Assembly: GCA_964016885.1 (NCBI GenBank)
Contig: OZ024742.1
Location: 209,126,001-209,190,000, forward strand
From: Eledone cirrhosa
Taxonomy: Eukaryota
Length of the DNA: 64,000 nt
Reading direction: 5' to 3'
Each line of letters starts with the position of its first letter. Position 1 is the stretch's first letter. The position numbers and the translations under genes are program-made. Positions 40,041 to 52,923 of this stretch are shown here, piece after piece. Below the pieces are notes generated by a model. The model saw only the letters and a list, made by a program, of their open reading frames with translations, had not been told where the DNA came from and searched no databases.

Positions 40041-40758
40041 AGAGTACGAGAATAGACCTAGAAGAAATAGATCCCGTCGCATTTGTTGGTTTAACCCACC
40101 ATATAATATGGAGGTGGCCACACCATTAGCTAAGATCTTTCTTTCGCTTATTACGAAGCATTTTCCCCCTACACATAAATATAGTAAAATTTTTAATAGA
40201 AATACTATTAAAATTTCTTACTCAACGACTCCTAACCTTGCACATAACATCACAGCTTCAAATTTAGCTAAAATACCTAGCCGTAGGAACACGTGCAACC
40301 CTGTAGTTAGTACTAACTGTAATTGTAGGAATCGGGTTGATTGTCCCCTATCCGGAAAATGCCTCTCTAGTAACATTGTCTACAAATGTAAGGTTGTAAC
40401 ACCCACGTCCCGTAGGGCCTACATAGGGTTAACCGCCAATAGTTTCAAGCAGCGTCTTTACATGCATACCCATTCTTTTCGTTACCCTCTAAGAAGGAAT
40501 ATGACGTCACTTTCAGCTTATATCTGGAGTCTAAAAGACAACCACACCTAATATTAGTTACACTGGGAGATCCTAGCTAGGGCTAGATCGTATAACGGAA
40601 ATAAAAGACCTTGTGACCTCTGCGCCGCTGAGGCCCTGGAAATACTCTACGCCACAGACCACATCTTAAACAAAAAATCTGAGGCAATTTCGGCTTGTAA
40701 ACATAAATTGCACAAAACTTTCCTGTATTACAGCCCTACGTTTTACCCTAACGGATAG
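40041..40758 (+). pseudogene. PLE linker and GIY-YIG endonuclease fragment, in-frame stop at 40549-40551
   Basis: RRICWFNPPY, KIFNRNTIKISYS, CNCRNRVDCPLSGKC, IVYKCKV...AYIGLTANSFKQRLYMH; after the stop CDLCAAE and LNKKSE. Confidence 0.9.
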
Positions 40759-41683
40759 CACGATCTATACGTGGATATTTACGTCTTGATGTGGGAGCTA
40801 AGTATATGTTTTGTTTATTCATTTACTTTTTGCATAGGTAAGTATATATTACCCGTATGTTTTGTGAAGGTATGTATACCTTCTCGTACGTATATTTGAC
40901 TGTTTTGGCGTATAATTTTTACATATTCTGGTATTTAGGGCTTGGTTATGTGTATATGGGAGTTTTGCGTCTGCGTGAGTATGCAGGTTCGTACGTATGG
41001 TGGGTGTGTGTATATGTGTACTTCTTATTTTAGTTGACTTACGTCTCCGAACCTTCATGTATTTATTTGTAGGTATGTGTGTGCGCTTGTTATATACGTA
41101 TTTATTTACTTATATACGTTTATATAATTATTTATTTATTTGTACACAAGCATACACACATGCACATATTTATATGTGCGTGGTTTTGTATACCTATGGT
41201 AAGGTTTTACGTATGCTTGTGTATGTACGTATCTGTTTGCGTGTATGTATTTATTTGTTCCTATTACTTCTGTATTGTATTTATTTACTTTGTTCTTAAC
41301 TCTGTAGCGGAGATTCATTCGGTCTCCTAGTTAGAATTTTAGTCTACGACTTCTGCTATACCATTTACGTGGTTTTGTCTTTGCACGCTATTGTTCTCCA
41401 CGCTCCACATATGACTTATTATCTTCGTTTTTTCGTTCATTGCCAGAGAACGTCTCTATGCACCACTTAGAGAACATTAGTCTACGACCTCTTTTATACC
41501 ATAAACGTGGTTCTGTCCTTGCACGTAATTGTTTTTCACCGCTCCTATTAATGACGTATTATTCGTTTTTTCCCGTTCTTTGCCAGCGAACGTCACCATG
41601 AACCAAAGTATCGTCTTCCTGTCTTCCTCCGGTTGCAACGTTTTTTGAAATATCCAGTTCTGCGTTTACAGATTGACTTTGTT

Positions 41684-41734
41684 AGTTTCAGAAGATCCCG
41701 TTAAGGGTGAAAGCAGCGATTCTTTGCTTAAACT
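41684..41734 (+). ncRNA. Type I HHR motif with U4A core (CAGAAGA)
   Basis: agttt-CAGAAGA-t-ccc-gttaa-ggg-t-GAAA-gca-gcgattctt-tgc-TT-aaact. Same core at ~4700 (-), ~39900 (-) and ~61762 (+). Confidence 0.75.
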
Positions 41735-41758
41735 TTAATCTGTTATTTTAATAAATAT

Positions 41759-41805
<47 letters not shown>

Positions 41806-42028
41806 TTTAGCTAGAATCGCATTTCGGCGGGTAGGAATTAGCGAAACGCAACTTCCGTATTGTGTAGACAAGCGCTCTATGGACATGAAGATACCAGAGC
41901 TATAAACATAAGTTAATAAGGTCAAACAAACTGAGACGATAGTTAAGAAGCCATTAACCACCTGAGCCAAAAAAACGGAAGGGGCTAAACGGGTTAAACA
42001 AAATAAGATATGATTGAAATATATATAT

Positions 42029-42076
<48 letters not shown>

Positions 42077-42112
42077 TATGAGATAAATATGAGATAAAGA
42101 GTCAAAGAGATA

Positions 42113-42158
<46 letters not shown>

Positions 42159-42705
42159 AATATATCTCTTTGACTCTTCAGCTCATATGTTTTGTTTGAA
42201 TCTATTAGTGCATGCATTCTTTAACTCTAGACATCTTTCATAGAAACATATCAGTATTTATCTATGTAGTCATGTTTATTATATATAATTTTCTCTTTTC
42301 TGACACCATTCCTTTCTCTCTCAAACTAAACCAGCCCCACTTCATTCTCCCTATATATATGTAAATATCAAGTAAAATAACGGAGTAAAGGTCTCACGTG
42401 TGTACTTGTAAATCAATGAGCTGAAAGAGTTTTCCTGGGCACTTTAGAATACAATATAGAGAAGGGAAAACGCAGGAGAGTGTTATTTCATGACATGATT
42501 TCAATCACCAACCTGAAGAGAATATAAGCTAATAGAGGTGTAGGAGAAACATAATAATTAAAAGGATAAATTAAAATGAAAAAGCTACCTAATTGTTAAT
42601 GTTTGCTGGACCGGCAATCGCTCTGTATAATCAGTTCCTTATTATTACTGGAATTCTATAAGAATCCACCCTCTATAATTTTCGGCAGAAGTCGGCGAGT
42701 ACGTT

Positions 42706-42745
42706 GTTCCGAGGAACACCAACAGTGTGAAACAGATCTGTCAGC
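42706..42745 (+). ncRNA. Type I HHR motif with U4C core (CCGAGGA)
   Basis: gtt-CCGAGGA-acac-caaca-gtgt-GAAA-cagatctg-TC-agc. Palindromic stem III. Confidence 0.7.
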
Positions 42746-42889
42746 TCCTCTCCCTTCCTTTAGTGAAAAAAGAAATAAGTGACATCGTCACTACTTTAAA
42801 ATGATAGCGCAAGGTCTTCAAAATGTTTTTAATTAAACATACAGTGTATTACCACATATACTATACATACATTCATGTATACATCGCTA

Positions 42890-43561
42890 TTTCAGAACAC
42901 CAATCTTTATATATATATATAAATGAAAAAAATTAAATTTCATTTCTCGCTCTAAGTACGGTTGATACTTAAATATAAGTATGTATACGTACATACATAT
43001 ATGTATACAGACGTACAGTAGTATGTATATACATGCAGGCACATATATATATATATGTACGTATGGGTTTACCAAACATTTATTATAATGCTCGGTTTGT
43101 TTGTACGTCTGTATACATATATTTATGTACGTATACATACTTATATTTAAGTACTAAGAGTGAGAAATGAAATTTCATTTTTTCCATTTATCGTTTTCGG
43201 TACGCTCGGCCGACTAACTCACTCGATATGCAAATTAGGCTGCTCAGCCGTTAATATGCATAAGGAAAGTATATACTTTCAAACGTTCAATCGACTGACA
43301 GGAAGGTATACGGTGTCGATGATAGCTAATAAGCTAGAAACTAGTTCATCGTTCGTTTGTCAGTTTTGAACAAAAGGGCAACGATGGTTGCCGAACACTG
43401 TACGGCTAATAATTCGGGCTGTTTGTTTACAAACAAAGCGAGCATTATAATAAATGTTCGGTAAACCCATACCTACATATATATATATATGTGCATGTAT
43501 GTATGTATATACATTTTACTGTACGTCTGTATACATATATGTATGTACGTATACATACTTA

Positions 43562-43562
<1 letters not shown>
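42890..43562. mobile_element. Second retrozyme-like insertion: ~420-bp unit with terminal redundancy plus an inverted permuted segment; HHR core deleted
   Basis: gtacgtctgtatacatat at ~43103 and ~43521. 42925-43102 is the reverse complement of the unit end running into the unit start. gatg[ctgacg deleted]atagctaataagctaGAAActagTTcatc near 43317-43350. Confidence 0.8.
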
Positions 43563-43592
<30 letters not shown>

Positions 43593-43609
43593 CAATTTTT
43601 ATTTTTTTT

Positions 43610-43746
43610 ATTAAAATAACCGATTAAAATTTAAGCAAAGAATCCTTAAAGGTGAACGCAGCGATTCTTTGCGATATGCGACATTCCGCTAAGGTACTTG
43701 AATCATCAATTGATGATTCAAGTACCTTAGCGGTATGTCGCATATC
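43610..43746. repeat. Internally deleted family A palindrome fused to an unrelated 74-bp palindrome
   Basis: gcaaagaatc...gattctttgc (43635-43672), then gatatgcgaca...catcaa|ttgatg...tgtcgcatatc (43673-43746). Confidence 0.85.
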
Positions 43747-43879
43747 CATTCTCTTATATATTTTTTCTGATGAAAACGTACTGAAACAACATTGTACCTT
43801 TGAAATATGTATAATAAAATATATACTTTGGTTATGATATTTATCATTTATTAATATGTTGAATAATATTATATACATA

Positions 43880-44130
43880 TATGAAACTAGTACATCGTTC
43901 CTGTGTCAGTGTTGAACAAAAAGGTGACGTGGTTGCCTTAACACCGTACGGCATAAAAATTCAGGCTGTTCAGTTTGTTTACAAACGAACAAAGTGGCGT
44001 TATAATAAGCGTCCGCTAAACTGATACGTGCATATATGTATGTGTACCTGTATATATATATATATATATATATATATGCATGCTACTGTACGTCTGTATA
44101 CATATATGTATGTACGTATACACACATACT
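43880..44130 (+). mobile_element. Diverged partial copy of the 28.0/43.2 kb HHR unit
   Basis: Starts at gaaactagtacatcgttcc (HHR 3' half) and follows the unit to its end. Confidence 0.75.
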
Positions 44131-44332
44131 TACATTATATATATATTGTATTTCATTTATTCCTTCTACTTCCATTCACAATTACTACTATACGTATACA
44201 CTCCATATCCACTATCTAAAAATGCTGAACAAACAATATTCACGGACACAAATGTATGTATTAGCACACACGCACTCGCTTCTACGCACACTCACGAACT
44301 CACTAAGACACATATACCTATATATGTGTGCA

Positions 44333-44387
<55 letters not shown>

Positions 44388-44391
<4 letters not shown>

Positions 44392-44625
44392 CGGATAAAA
44401 TTCCCGAGATCCATGGACGAGTTCTCTCCAGCGGTCTCTATCCCTCATTATAGCTGCCATGTCCTGCGTCTCCAAGAGACCAGTGTCTGTCCTTAGGGGA
44501 TCAACATATGTTAACCTCGGTCTCCCTCTTCTAGTGTGTCCATGTAGGGGCTCCCACAGGAGCACTGACTGAGTTTCTTGGTCAGTGTCCAAGTCTCAGA
44601 CCCGTACAGCAACAGTTGCTCCAGT
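44388..44625 (-). pseudogene. RTE-like LINE 3' fragment
   Basis: LLYGSETW near 44594-44617, then LLWEPLHGHTRRGRPRLTYVD...MRDRDRWRELV. Confidence 0.8.
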
Positions 44626-44813
44626 ACATATAAACAAAGTTATCTCGAATATCATGTCTGAAGTACGAGTGTATTGGAATTCGTGGAATGATGAGAACTC
44701 AACATAGGCAAGATGTTAAAACAATAAAATTTACCTCAAAGGATAGAAATCTGCAGTAAGAAATATATTGAACCGCAGAAGTAATATGAAGAAAGGTGAA
44801 AAGGAAGGATACA

Positions 44814-44874
<61 letters not shown>

Positions 44875-45814
44875 GTGCAAACAGGTTTGTATGCGTAATT
44901 GTGTGGGGGAATACATACATACTCATGTGCATGCATATATACATCACCTTATAAAACAAATCATACCTCTACAAATATGCCAAAGTAGCACCGGATTTCT
45001 TTCTGCTAACAGGATTTCTTTCTGCTAAATATGGAATGAAAATGCATATTATTCAACAACTTCCTGGTATTCAAACTAAATTTCATGAAATACTTTTTAA
45101 CATGTGGAATTTCGCTTCTGGGATTACGGTTGATACTGTTAACAATAACATTAACATCGAAATAACCACACAAATTTGCATGACTTTTTCCGTCATTTTA
45201 CTTAAGCGGAACTGTAAAAATATGTAATGCTTCTGTAAAATTATTACTCTGTCGTTGATATATAAATCCAGAGTGTAGCTAAATTTCGTACTTAAAAACC
45301 AAATTCCTCTAGTAGATAGCTTTCAAAAGATAAAATATAGTTATATAAGGCGATGCCCGGATGATTGACACAAACGAATGAAAAGAGGAACTTATATACC
45401 AAGTAGACAGCGACTAGAAAAGGCCAGAGGTTCAGAAAGGTATTAGAATGTTCGTCTACAATTATGAAATATTACATCCGCTTATAAGTTAGAACTGTTT
45501 CATTCGTTTGAAATCATAAGAAATCAGAAAAACATGGTGGATTTCGATATGTGTATGTAGGTATATGTAAGAAAGAAAAAGTCAAAAAGCGGCAGTAAGG
45601 AAAAGTTGGCAGAGAAATTGGTATACGAGATAGAGGTTTGAGAAGAATTTGCCTATAAAGGTGACTGTTGAACACTTTCTTTACATTTCATAAAATGAAA
45701 AAGGATAATGTAATATAAAAAGATGTTTTTGATATTTATTGAAAAGCGTGTTTAGCAAAGCTTCTTTTGAAATGACATCTAATAAATGTCCTTCGTTAAT
45801 TTTTATTTCCCTAA

Positions 45815-46003
45815 GGGCGGTGGATTGGCAGTATCGGTAGAGGGTCGGACGCCATGCTTTTCAGCATAGTTCAGTTCCTTTACGGTCTGAGTTCAAATCC
45901 CGCCGAGGTTAACTTTGCTTTTCATCATTACGGGCTCGATAAAATAAAGTAGCAGTAATGGACTGGGTAATTGCTGGCCATGTGCCAAAAGTGGAAACAA
46001 TTA
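45815..46003 (+). mobile_element. tRNA-derived SINE, full length
   Basis: gggcggtggattggcagtatcggtag...gagttcaaatcccg...gaaacaatta. Confidence 0.92.
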
Positions 46004-46900
46004 ATTTCTATTTCCTTCGTTGAAAGTTCATTCATTATATCATTCTTTCTGGGTGCACATTTGTACCATTTTCCCTTAATCTATCTTGTTTGTTGTTCTT
46101 TTCTATGGAAAACATCCTAACCACTTTCAGCAGAATCGTTTTTCTTTTTTTTATAAAATTTTATGTCACGTTACCTGACAAAGTCTTTTACTTTTTCATA
46201 TAAATGTGGTATCCGAGACATCTTTGACACATGTCATCTAAACGAGTTAAACCAGTCCAACTACAGACTTTCTGTAAGGAACATAGAAAAGTTTCAAGAT
46301 GGCAGTTGTGATAAACCGGTTAACTTTCAAGGCATTTTCATCCTAATAAAAATGCACATCTTATTATCACACTTCAACTAACTTGTACCACCATGTTCTT
46401 TTTATTTCGCAAATCTCTTGTCAATACATTGTTTTCCATTGATAGATTTTCAGGTTGAATACTTCCACATTAGATCAAATATTCTGGAAATTTCCTTTAT
46501 CATTTCAGCATTTTTGCGTAGCGTATATTTATACTAAACAAGTGTTATTCACCTCATTAAATTGTTTCTTAATTAAACAATAAATATTTTTGAAGATGAC
46601 TCAATAAAACATGACCTTGTATACTCAAGTCCAGAGCGGGTTTACCATGATGTACAGAGCTGCTGAATTCAATATGGTTGCAGTGTAAAAGCTCTAAACA
46701 CACTCATGCATAAAATGAAGGGCAAACATCATATAAAGGTTGAGCTTTCGATTAAAATATATGAGTGTGTGTATGTATGCGTATGTGTCTATGTGTGCAC
46801 GATACTAGCGACGGGTGCTTTTATAAGAAAGATAATTGAGAGTACACATCCTTAGTGAATAGAGAAGAATGAACAAAACTGTCTATCTTCTTTAATCAAC

Positions 46901-47666
<766 letters not shown>

Positions 47667-47676
47667 ATATATAGCG

Positions 47677-47860
47677 TGAAGGCGTGTGGCTGAGTGGTTA
47701 GAGAATTGGATTCGCAATCTTGAGGTTGTGAGTTCGATTCTCAGATCAGGCGATGCGTTATGTCCTTGAGCAAGACACTTTATTTCACGTTGCTTCTTCT
47801 ACCTGGAGTTGCGACCGATAGATAGTATTAGCAATTGGAAAGACCAATGGAAACATTGTT
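47677..47860 (+). mobile_element. tRNA-derived CORE-type SINE
   Basis: A box tggctgagtgg, B box gagttcgattct, CORE-like tgtccttgagcaagacactttatttcac. Confidence 0.8.
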
Positions 47861-48027
47861 TCCTCGGTCCGATTTGACGAAAATCGATCGTTCCTAATAA
47901 AAATAATTAAAAAATATATATATATATATATATATATATAATGGGAAAATTTGAACAGGGACAAAACAGAGAGGCAGTACAACAAATGTTTATTAATTTC
48001 ACGCTCTGGAGAGTGGGGTGTTGGTGG

Positions 48028-48062
48028 GGGACGACGTTTCGGGCATAAGCCCTTCCTCAGGT
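48028..48062 (-). ncRNA. PLE-type minimal HHR motif
   Basis: Reverse complement: ac-CTGAGGA-a-gggc-ttat-gccc-GAAA-cg-TC-gt. Stem I is only 2 bp. Confidence 0.7.
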
Positions 48063-49572
48063 GGGAAGTGTGTGGGAACAGAGTTCAAAGGGTGTGTAGG
48101 GGAGTGGTGGAGAGACATATAGCGAAAGGAAACGGTGCGAATGAAAAAATAAAAAATAAAGATAAAAATAAAAATAAAGCATGATCAAAATACAAGGAAT
48201 GAGATAAATTTAAAAATAAAGGCATGATCAAAATAAACTGAAATTAAAAGGGGGTTAAACAGGTGGTGGAAGGGTGTGGGGTGTGTAGGGGTGGCGGCGG
48301 GTGGAGTGGGGAGAGGGAGACCGGGTGTCCGAGCGGGGAGGGCTGAAGGTGGTGTGTATGTGTAGGTGTGCGTGTGTGTGTGTGTGTGTGTGTAGCTGTG
48401 CGTGTGTGTGTATGTGAAAGTAAGGGTTGGGGGAAGAACGGGGTTTCATGTTCAGGAAGAGGTGTGGGGGGGGAGTCGGAGTGTCTGTGCGTGTGTGGAT
48501 AGAGGGGGGGGAATCAGGAGGCTGAGGGTGTAGATATGTGGTGGAAAGCACGTGTGTGTGGGGTTTAAGCGTGTTGTGGGTGTAGGTGGCGTGTGGAGAA
48601 AACAATTTTTTTGCGGTGTGTGTGTGGGTGAGTTATATAAGTGATTAGGTAAGAGGATGGTTGAAAAGTTGGTAAATTCCGAAGATGTTTAGTGGATTGG
48701 TTGTTGGTCAATTTCTGCGTGTGGGTATTCCATGAAGCGATGGTCGGAAGAGGAGAGATGTGGGGTGCGCGCGCAACAGGAAGTGGTCAGCAGTGGGAGT
48801 GCTGTGGTCTGTTTGTGCTGGGAGGTGGTCAGAGGGCATAGCAGCAGTCGGTGGAATGGTAAAGGGGCGAGGATGGGTAGGTGTGAAAGTTGAAGTGAGG
48901 AGGGTGTGTGTGTGTGTATTAGTAGGGGTGTTAGTGGGATGAGTGAGTGTGGAGGGTGTGCGTGGAGCGGGGAGAGGTGGGTGTGTGTGGTTCTATGGAG
49001 GGAGTGTGGTGTACTGGTGTGTGTGTAGTTTGATGAAGAGGTTTTAGTGGGTGTTAGTATACGGGAGGTGGGGAGGGGTTGAATGCAAGTGTGAGTGGGG
49101 GTTAGTGGTGGTAGGGTGTGTAGAGTTGGTGGTGCACGAGGGTGTGTGGGTACGTGTGCGTGGGGTTGAGGGGTGTTAGTGATGTTAGTTGCGTGTGGGG
49201 TGGGTGGTGTAAGTGGGTGCGTGTGTTCGTGTGCTTGGGGTTAGCGGGTGTTAGTGAGGTTAGTTGCGGGGTGGTGGGATGGAGGTGTGGGGGTGAGAGG
49301 TGTGGGGGTGAGGGTTAGTGGTGGTAGTAGGGTGTGTGTTTAGTGTGAGCGCGTGTATATATGTGCCGGTGGGTGTGTGCGTGTGATAAGGAGGGGGGAG
49401 GAGGAGAAGAGGGGAGGGAAGGGATGTTAGTATGTTAGTTGGGGAAGGGTGGTCAGATGAGGGGTGGAGTTGGGGTGTTAGTATTGTTTGTTGTGGGGTG
49501 GGCGGTGAAAAGGAGGGGTGTGTTAGTGGTATTAGTGGGGGATAAGTGTGGGGGAGGATGGGCGGTCGAAGG

Positions 49573-49865
49573 CTAAAGGAATAAGGGTGGGGAGTTCAGG
49601 CCGGGGGGAGTGTGGGTCTGTAAGATGAAGATAGTTCGTTGTTCGACCGTAAGGCGATTGGCGGGGGTTCCGTGGCACTGGAGTAGGCCACAGACTGTGA
49701 GATGACGTGCGGAATGTCCAGGGCCACCAAAGTGGCGGGCGATGGGGGAACTGCCCCCGAGACGAATATCCCGAAGGTGCTCCGTGACTCGGTCTACCAG
49801 GCGACGTCCCGTCTGGTTGGAGGAGGTGCAGCGGAAGGCATGCCGGACCGAGAGAGAGTGGCCGT
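49573..49865 (-). pseudogene. GIY-YIG endonuclease C-terminal fragment with the GIY/YIG segment deleted
   Basis: FRCTSSN|QTGRRLVDRVTEH...PIARHF...H...RLTVEQRTIFILQTHTPPGLN. Confidence 0.82.
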
Positions 49866-49869
49866 TATA

Positions 49870-49947
<78 letters not shown>

Positions 49948-50789
49948 GAGAGAGAGAGGGGGTTTGAGTTATGCATATATCTATTCATTCGAGTAAGTAT
50001 GTGCATATGTTAAGAAGTATCATCACTCTTACCCTCATGAACACAATACACGCTTGAATAAATACACATTAATGGACAGTCACACACACAAACATACACA
50101 CATATACATATCTATAAGTGTACATGTGTATGTGTGTGTGTGTGTGTGTGTGCTTCTCTATATGTGCTTCTGCATTCTGATTATCTGTTTGTACCTTTCA
50201 ACGTGTATTTGTAAGTGTACGCCTCTTTGTGGATGAATCAATTATCTAGAGGGCGAAGCCGTTAACATTCTATAACAAATGTTTGTAATAACGTATTATT
50301 TTACCAAGTGATCCTTTTGTTGGTTAAAGAGGGATTAAATGGCCCCATTTATAGAGATGTCAGATGGTTCCGGAGAAGAAGTCGTAAAAATATTTAAAAT
50401 GAAATCAAACTGGAAGAAAAAAAATATGGAGTTGAAAATGAATGAAGACATACAATGTCCCTCGATTTACTCTGGCAATTTTATTAGATTGGACATCCCA
50501 TCAATAATGATTTAATTGAAAGAGGGTAGAAAAGAAAGAAATGCAGAATTGCTGAATGAATGACTGAATTATCAAATAAATGAAAATGTAAAATCAAATT
50601 ATTTCTTGGTTCAAAAGAAATATCAGGTCCATCACCCCAATTAGAGATATTATGTTTAAAAAGAAAAATTCATACTGCAGTTAATATGTAAGGTAAGAAA
50701 ATGGAATATCGCTTTAGAAAGTATTCAACAACGGCAACAACAGCAAGTGAAACAAATATCATCACTACTCCCATCACCACATCATCTAC

Positions 50790-50973
<184 letters not shown>

Positions 50974-51270
50974 GTGGCGAGAATGGCCCGTGTGAGTGGG
51001 CCTACTCTGGTCATGCGCCTGTCGGTGAGTAAATTTGAGGAGGAGAGGGGTGCCCTTCGAGGGTGCTCTCGAAGCGTCGAATCGTTCAGGATTGGTGGGG
51101 TACCTGAGCGAACCCTGGGTGGTCATCCCCTCTATTGGGGCATTTTTCTTGTTGTATTTTTATTATTACTTTGTAATTGTTTTTCATATTGTTTACTCGA
51201 TTTTTCTGTAAAACCCAGTCTTTTTTATTGTCCCCTATATGTCGGCCCTTCTGGCCAATAAATGAAATCA
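50974..51270 (+). mobile_element. Probable 3' end of an L1/Tx1-like LINE
   Basis: VARMARVSGPTLVMRL resembles LINE C-termini I recall from octopus. T-rich UTR and AATAAA at ~51257. Confidence 0.45.
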
Positions 51271-51276
51271 TTATTC

Positions 51277-51518
51277 AGTAATGGACTGGGTAATTGCTGG
51301 CCTTGTGCCAAAAGTAGAAACAATTATAACTACTACTACTACTACCACCACCAGGACCACCACCACTACCACCACTACCACCACTACTACTACTACTACT
51401 ACTAATAATAATAATAATAATAATAATTGTTTCTACTTTTGGCACAAGGCCAGCAATCAACCAGTGCATTACTGGTACTTTATTTTATCGACCCCGTAAG
51501 GATGAAAGGCAAAGTTAA
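51277..51518. mobile_element. Two truncated SINEs tail-to-tail around an (ACT/ACC/AAT)n tract
   Basis: 51277-51326 (+ tail) and 51424-51518 (- strand). Confidence 0.85.
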
Positions 51519-51889
51519 TACTACTACTACTACTACTAATGTATGTCTTATACATATTGTTTGATTATTTGTGTGTGTATGAGTGTGTGTTCAAGTTATG
51601 GGATTTTTGACCATACGTATTTTTGACCATTCACAAGTCACCTATAACTATGGCCATTTCTTTTGTCTCCACTCCTTAAATTCTTATCTCTTATTTCTCG
51701 GAATTTATATATCGATAGAGTTCGTTATTATCGCATAGCAGTACGTAGAATTTGAAACATCGATTAGAAAACGTTCTATCTTTTTCAATAATTTATGACT
51801 GGCAAGCGGCTCAGCGACGGTATCTGTATCAGTGAGCTGCTCAACATTACCAGACTTACAGCAATTACAAAAGTTTTCAAGACAGAGTA

Positions 51890-52110
51890 CTCAAACTATA
51901 TGGTCATATAAAAAGATCAACTCCTAGGTTATGCCTGGAAGGAAGATTGGCTGGTAAGAGAAGCAGAGGCCGGCAGTCAAAACGATGGCTTGATAATGTC
52001 AACTTATGGACTGGACTTGATCTTTCTTCTTTAAACTCTGCTGTTGGTGATCGAACTTTGTGGAGAAAAATATATCATGTTGATGTGCAGTCTGCAACAG
52101 GTGGAGTTCA
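51890..52110 (+). pseudogene. Degenerate LINE C-terminal fragment
   Basis: LKLYGHI, LEG..GKRSRGRQSKRWLDNVNLWTGL, DRTLWRK across frames. Confidence 0.65.
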
Positions 52111-52647
52111 ATGAAAAAGAGGAAACAGACACTATATCAGTATTCTTCTCCATGAGCATATAAAATACAACTGGTATGTCGTCAACATCCATCTTTTTTC
52201 TTTGTAAATATAAAGTTTAGTGAAAGAGATGGCACAACATGTGGATTTCAAAATTGTTTAGAATATAACAAGTCGTAACCTGTATTTATGTTAAGGAAGT
52301 AACTCCTACACATTTCCTGATTATATATGAAAGGTCAAATTTGTAAACAGGAAATACCTGAAGGAGGTAATAGCCTAATAAGATGTAAAAACATCACAGT
52401 CATTGTACTAGTGTAAATACATCTCCTACACATTCTAGTTGCACATGTTTATATGATATTTTTTGATATAATAGATTTGTAACACACATAGCACGTAGCT
52501 GGCCCTATATCATAAATTATGTGCAATTCGTTTGGGCTTTCTTACTTATGGTTTCCTTTGCTACATACACGCACACACAAATACCCACACACGTACAAAA
52601 ACGGACGTGTATATATATATATATATATTATATATATATATATATAT

Positions 52648-52853
52648 GGAGATTTAATCCCAATATTTCGGGCTCACGCCCATCAACGGGGGAAAGTTCC
52701 AAAAGGGGGGGAAACAGGCCAAGCGGAGAAAGTTGTGATGTCGTTAAGACAGGAATGCCGTTAATTAATAACGGCATTCCTGTCTTAACGACATCACAAC
52801 TTTCTCCGCTTGGCCTGTCCCCCCCCCCCCTTTGGAACTTTCCCCCGTTGATG

Positions 52854-52856
<3 letters not shown>
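52648..52856. mobile_element. Mini fold-back insertion in (TA)n (palindrome 52678-52856) with a CCGUUGA-core HHR-like motif on the minus strand
   Basis: Arms of ~86 bp. Minus strand reads tccc-CCGTTGA-t-gggc-gtga-gccc-GAAA-ta-TT-ggga-ttaaatctcc. Confidence 0.82.

Positions 52857-52923
<67 letters not shown>

Larger units (their letters stand above)
47945..49865 (-). mobile_element. 3' portion of a PLE: endonuclease fragment, long C/A-rich UTR and HHR, between TA tracts
   Basis: ORF at 49573-49865, low-complexity UTR at 48250-49570, HHR at 48028-48062. Confidence 0.8.

Noticed and set aside
43767-43800. CTGATGA...GAAA-caacattg-TA hammerhead-like string
   Set aside because: Stems I and II do not pair convincingly. 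At most a decayed relic.
47677-47750. tRNA gene-like sequence
   Set aside because: It continues into a CORE-like SINE body and the acceptor stem is not convincing, so it is a SINE head.
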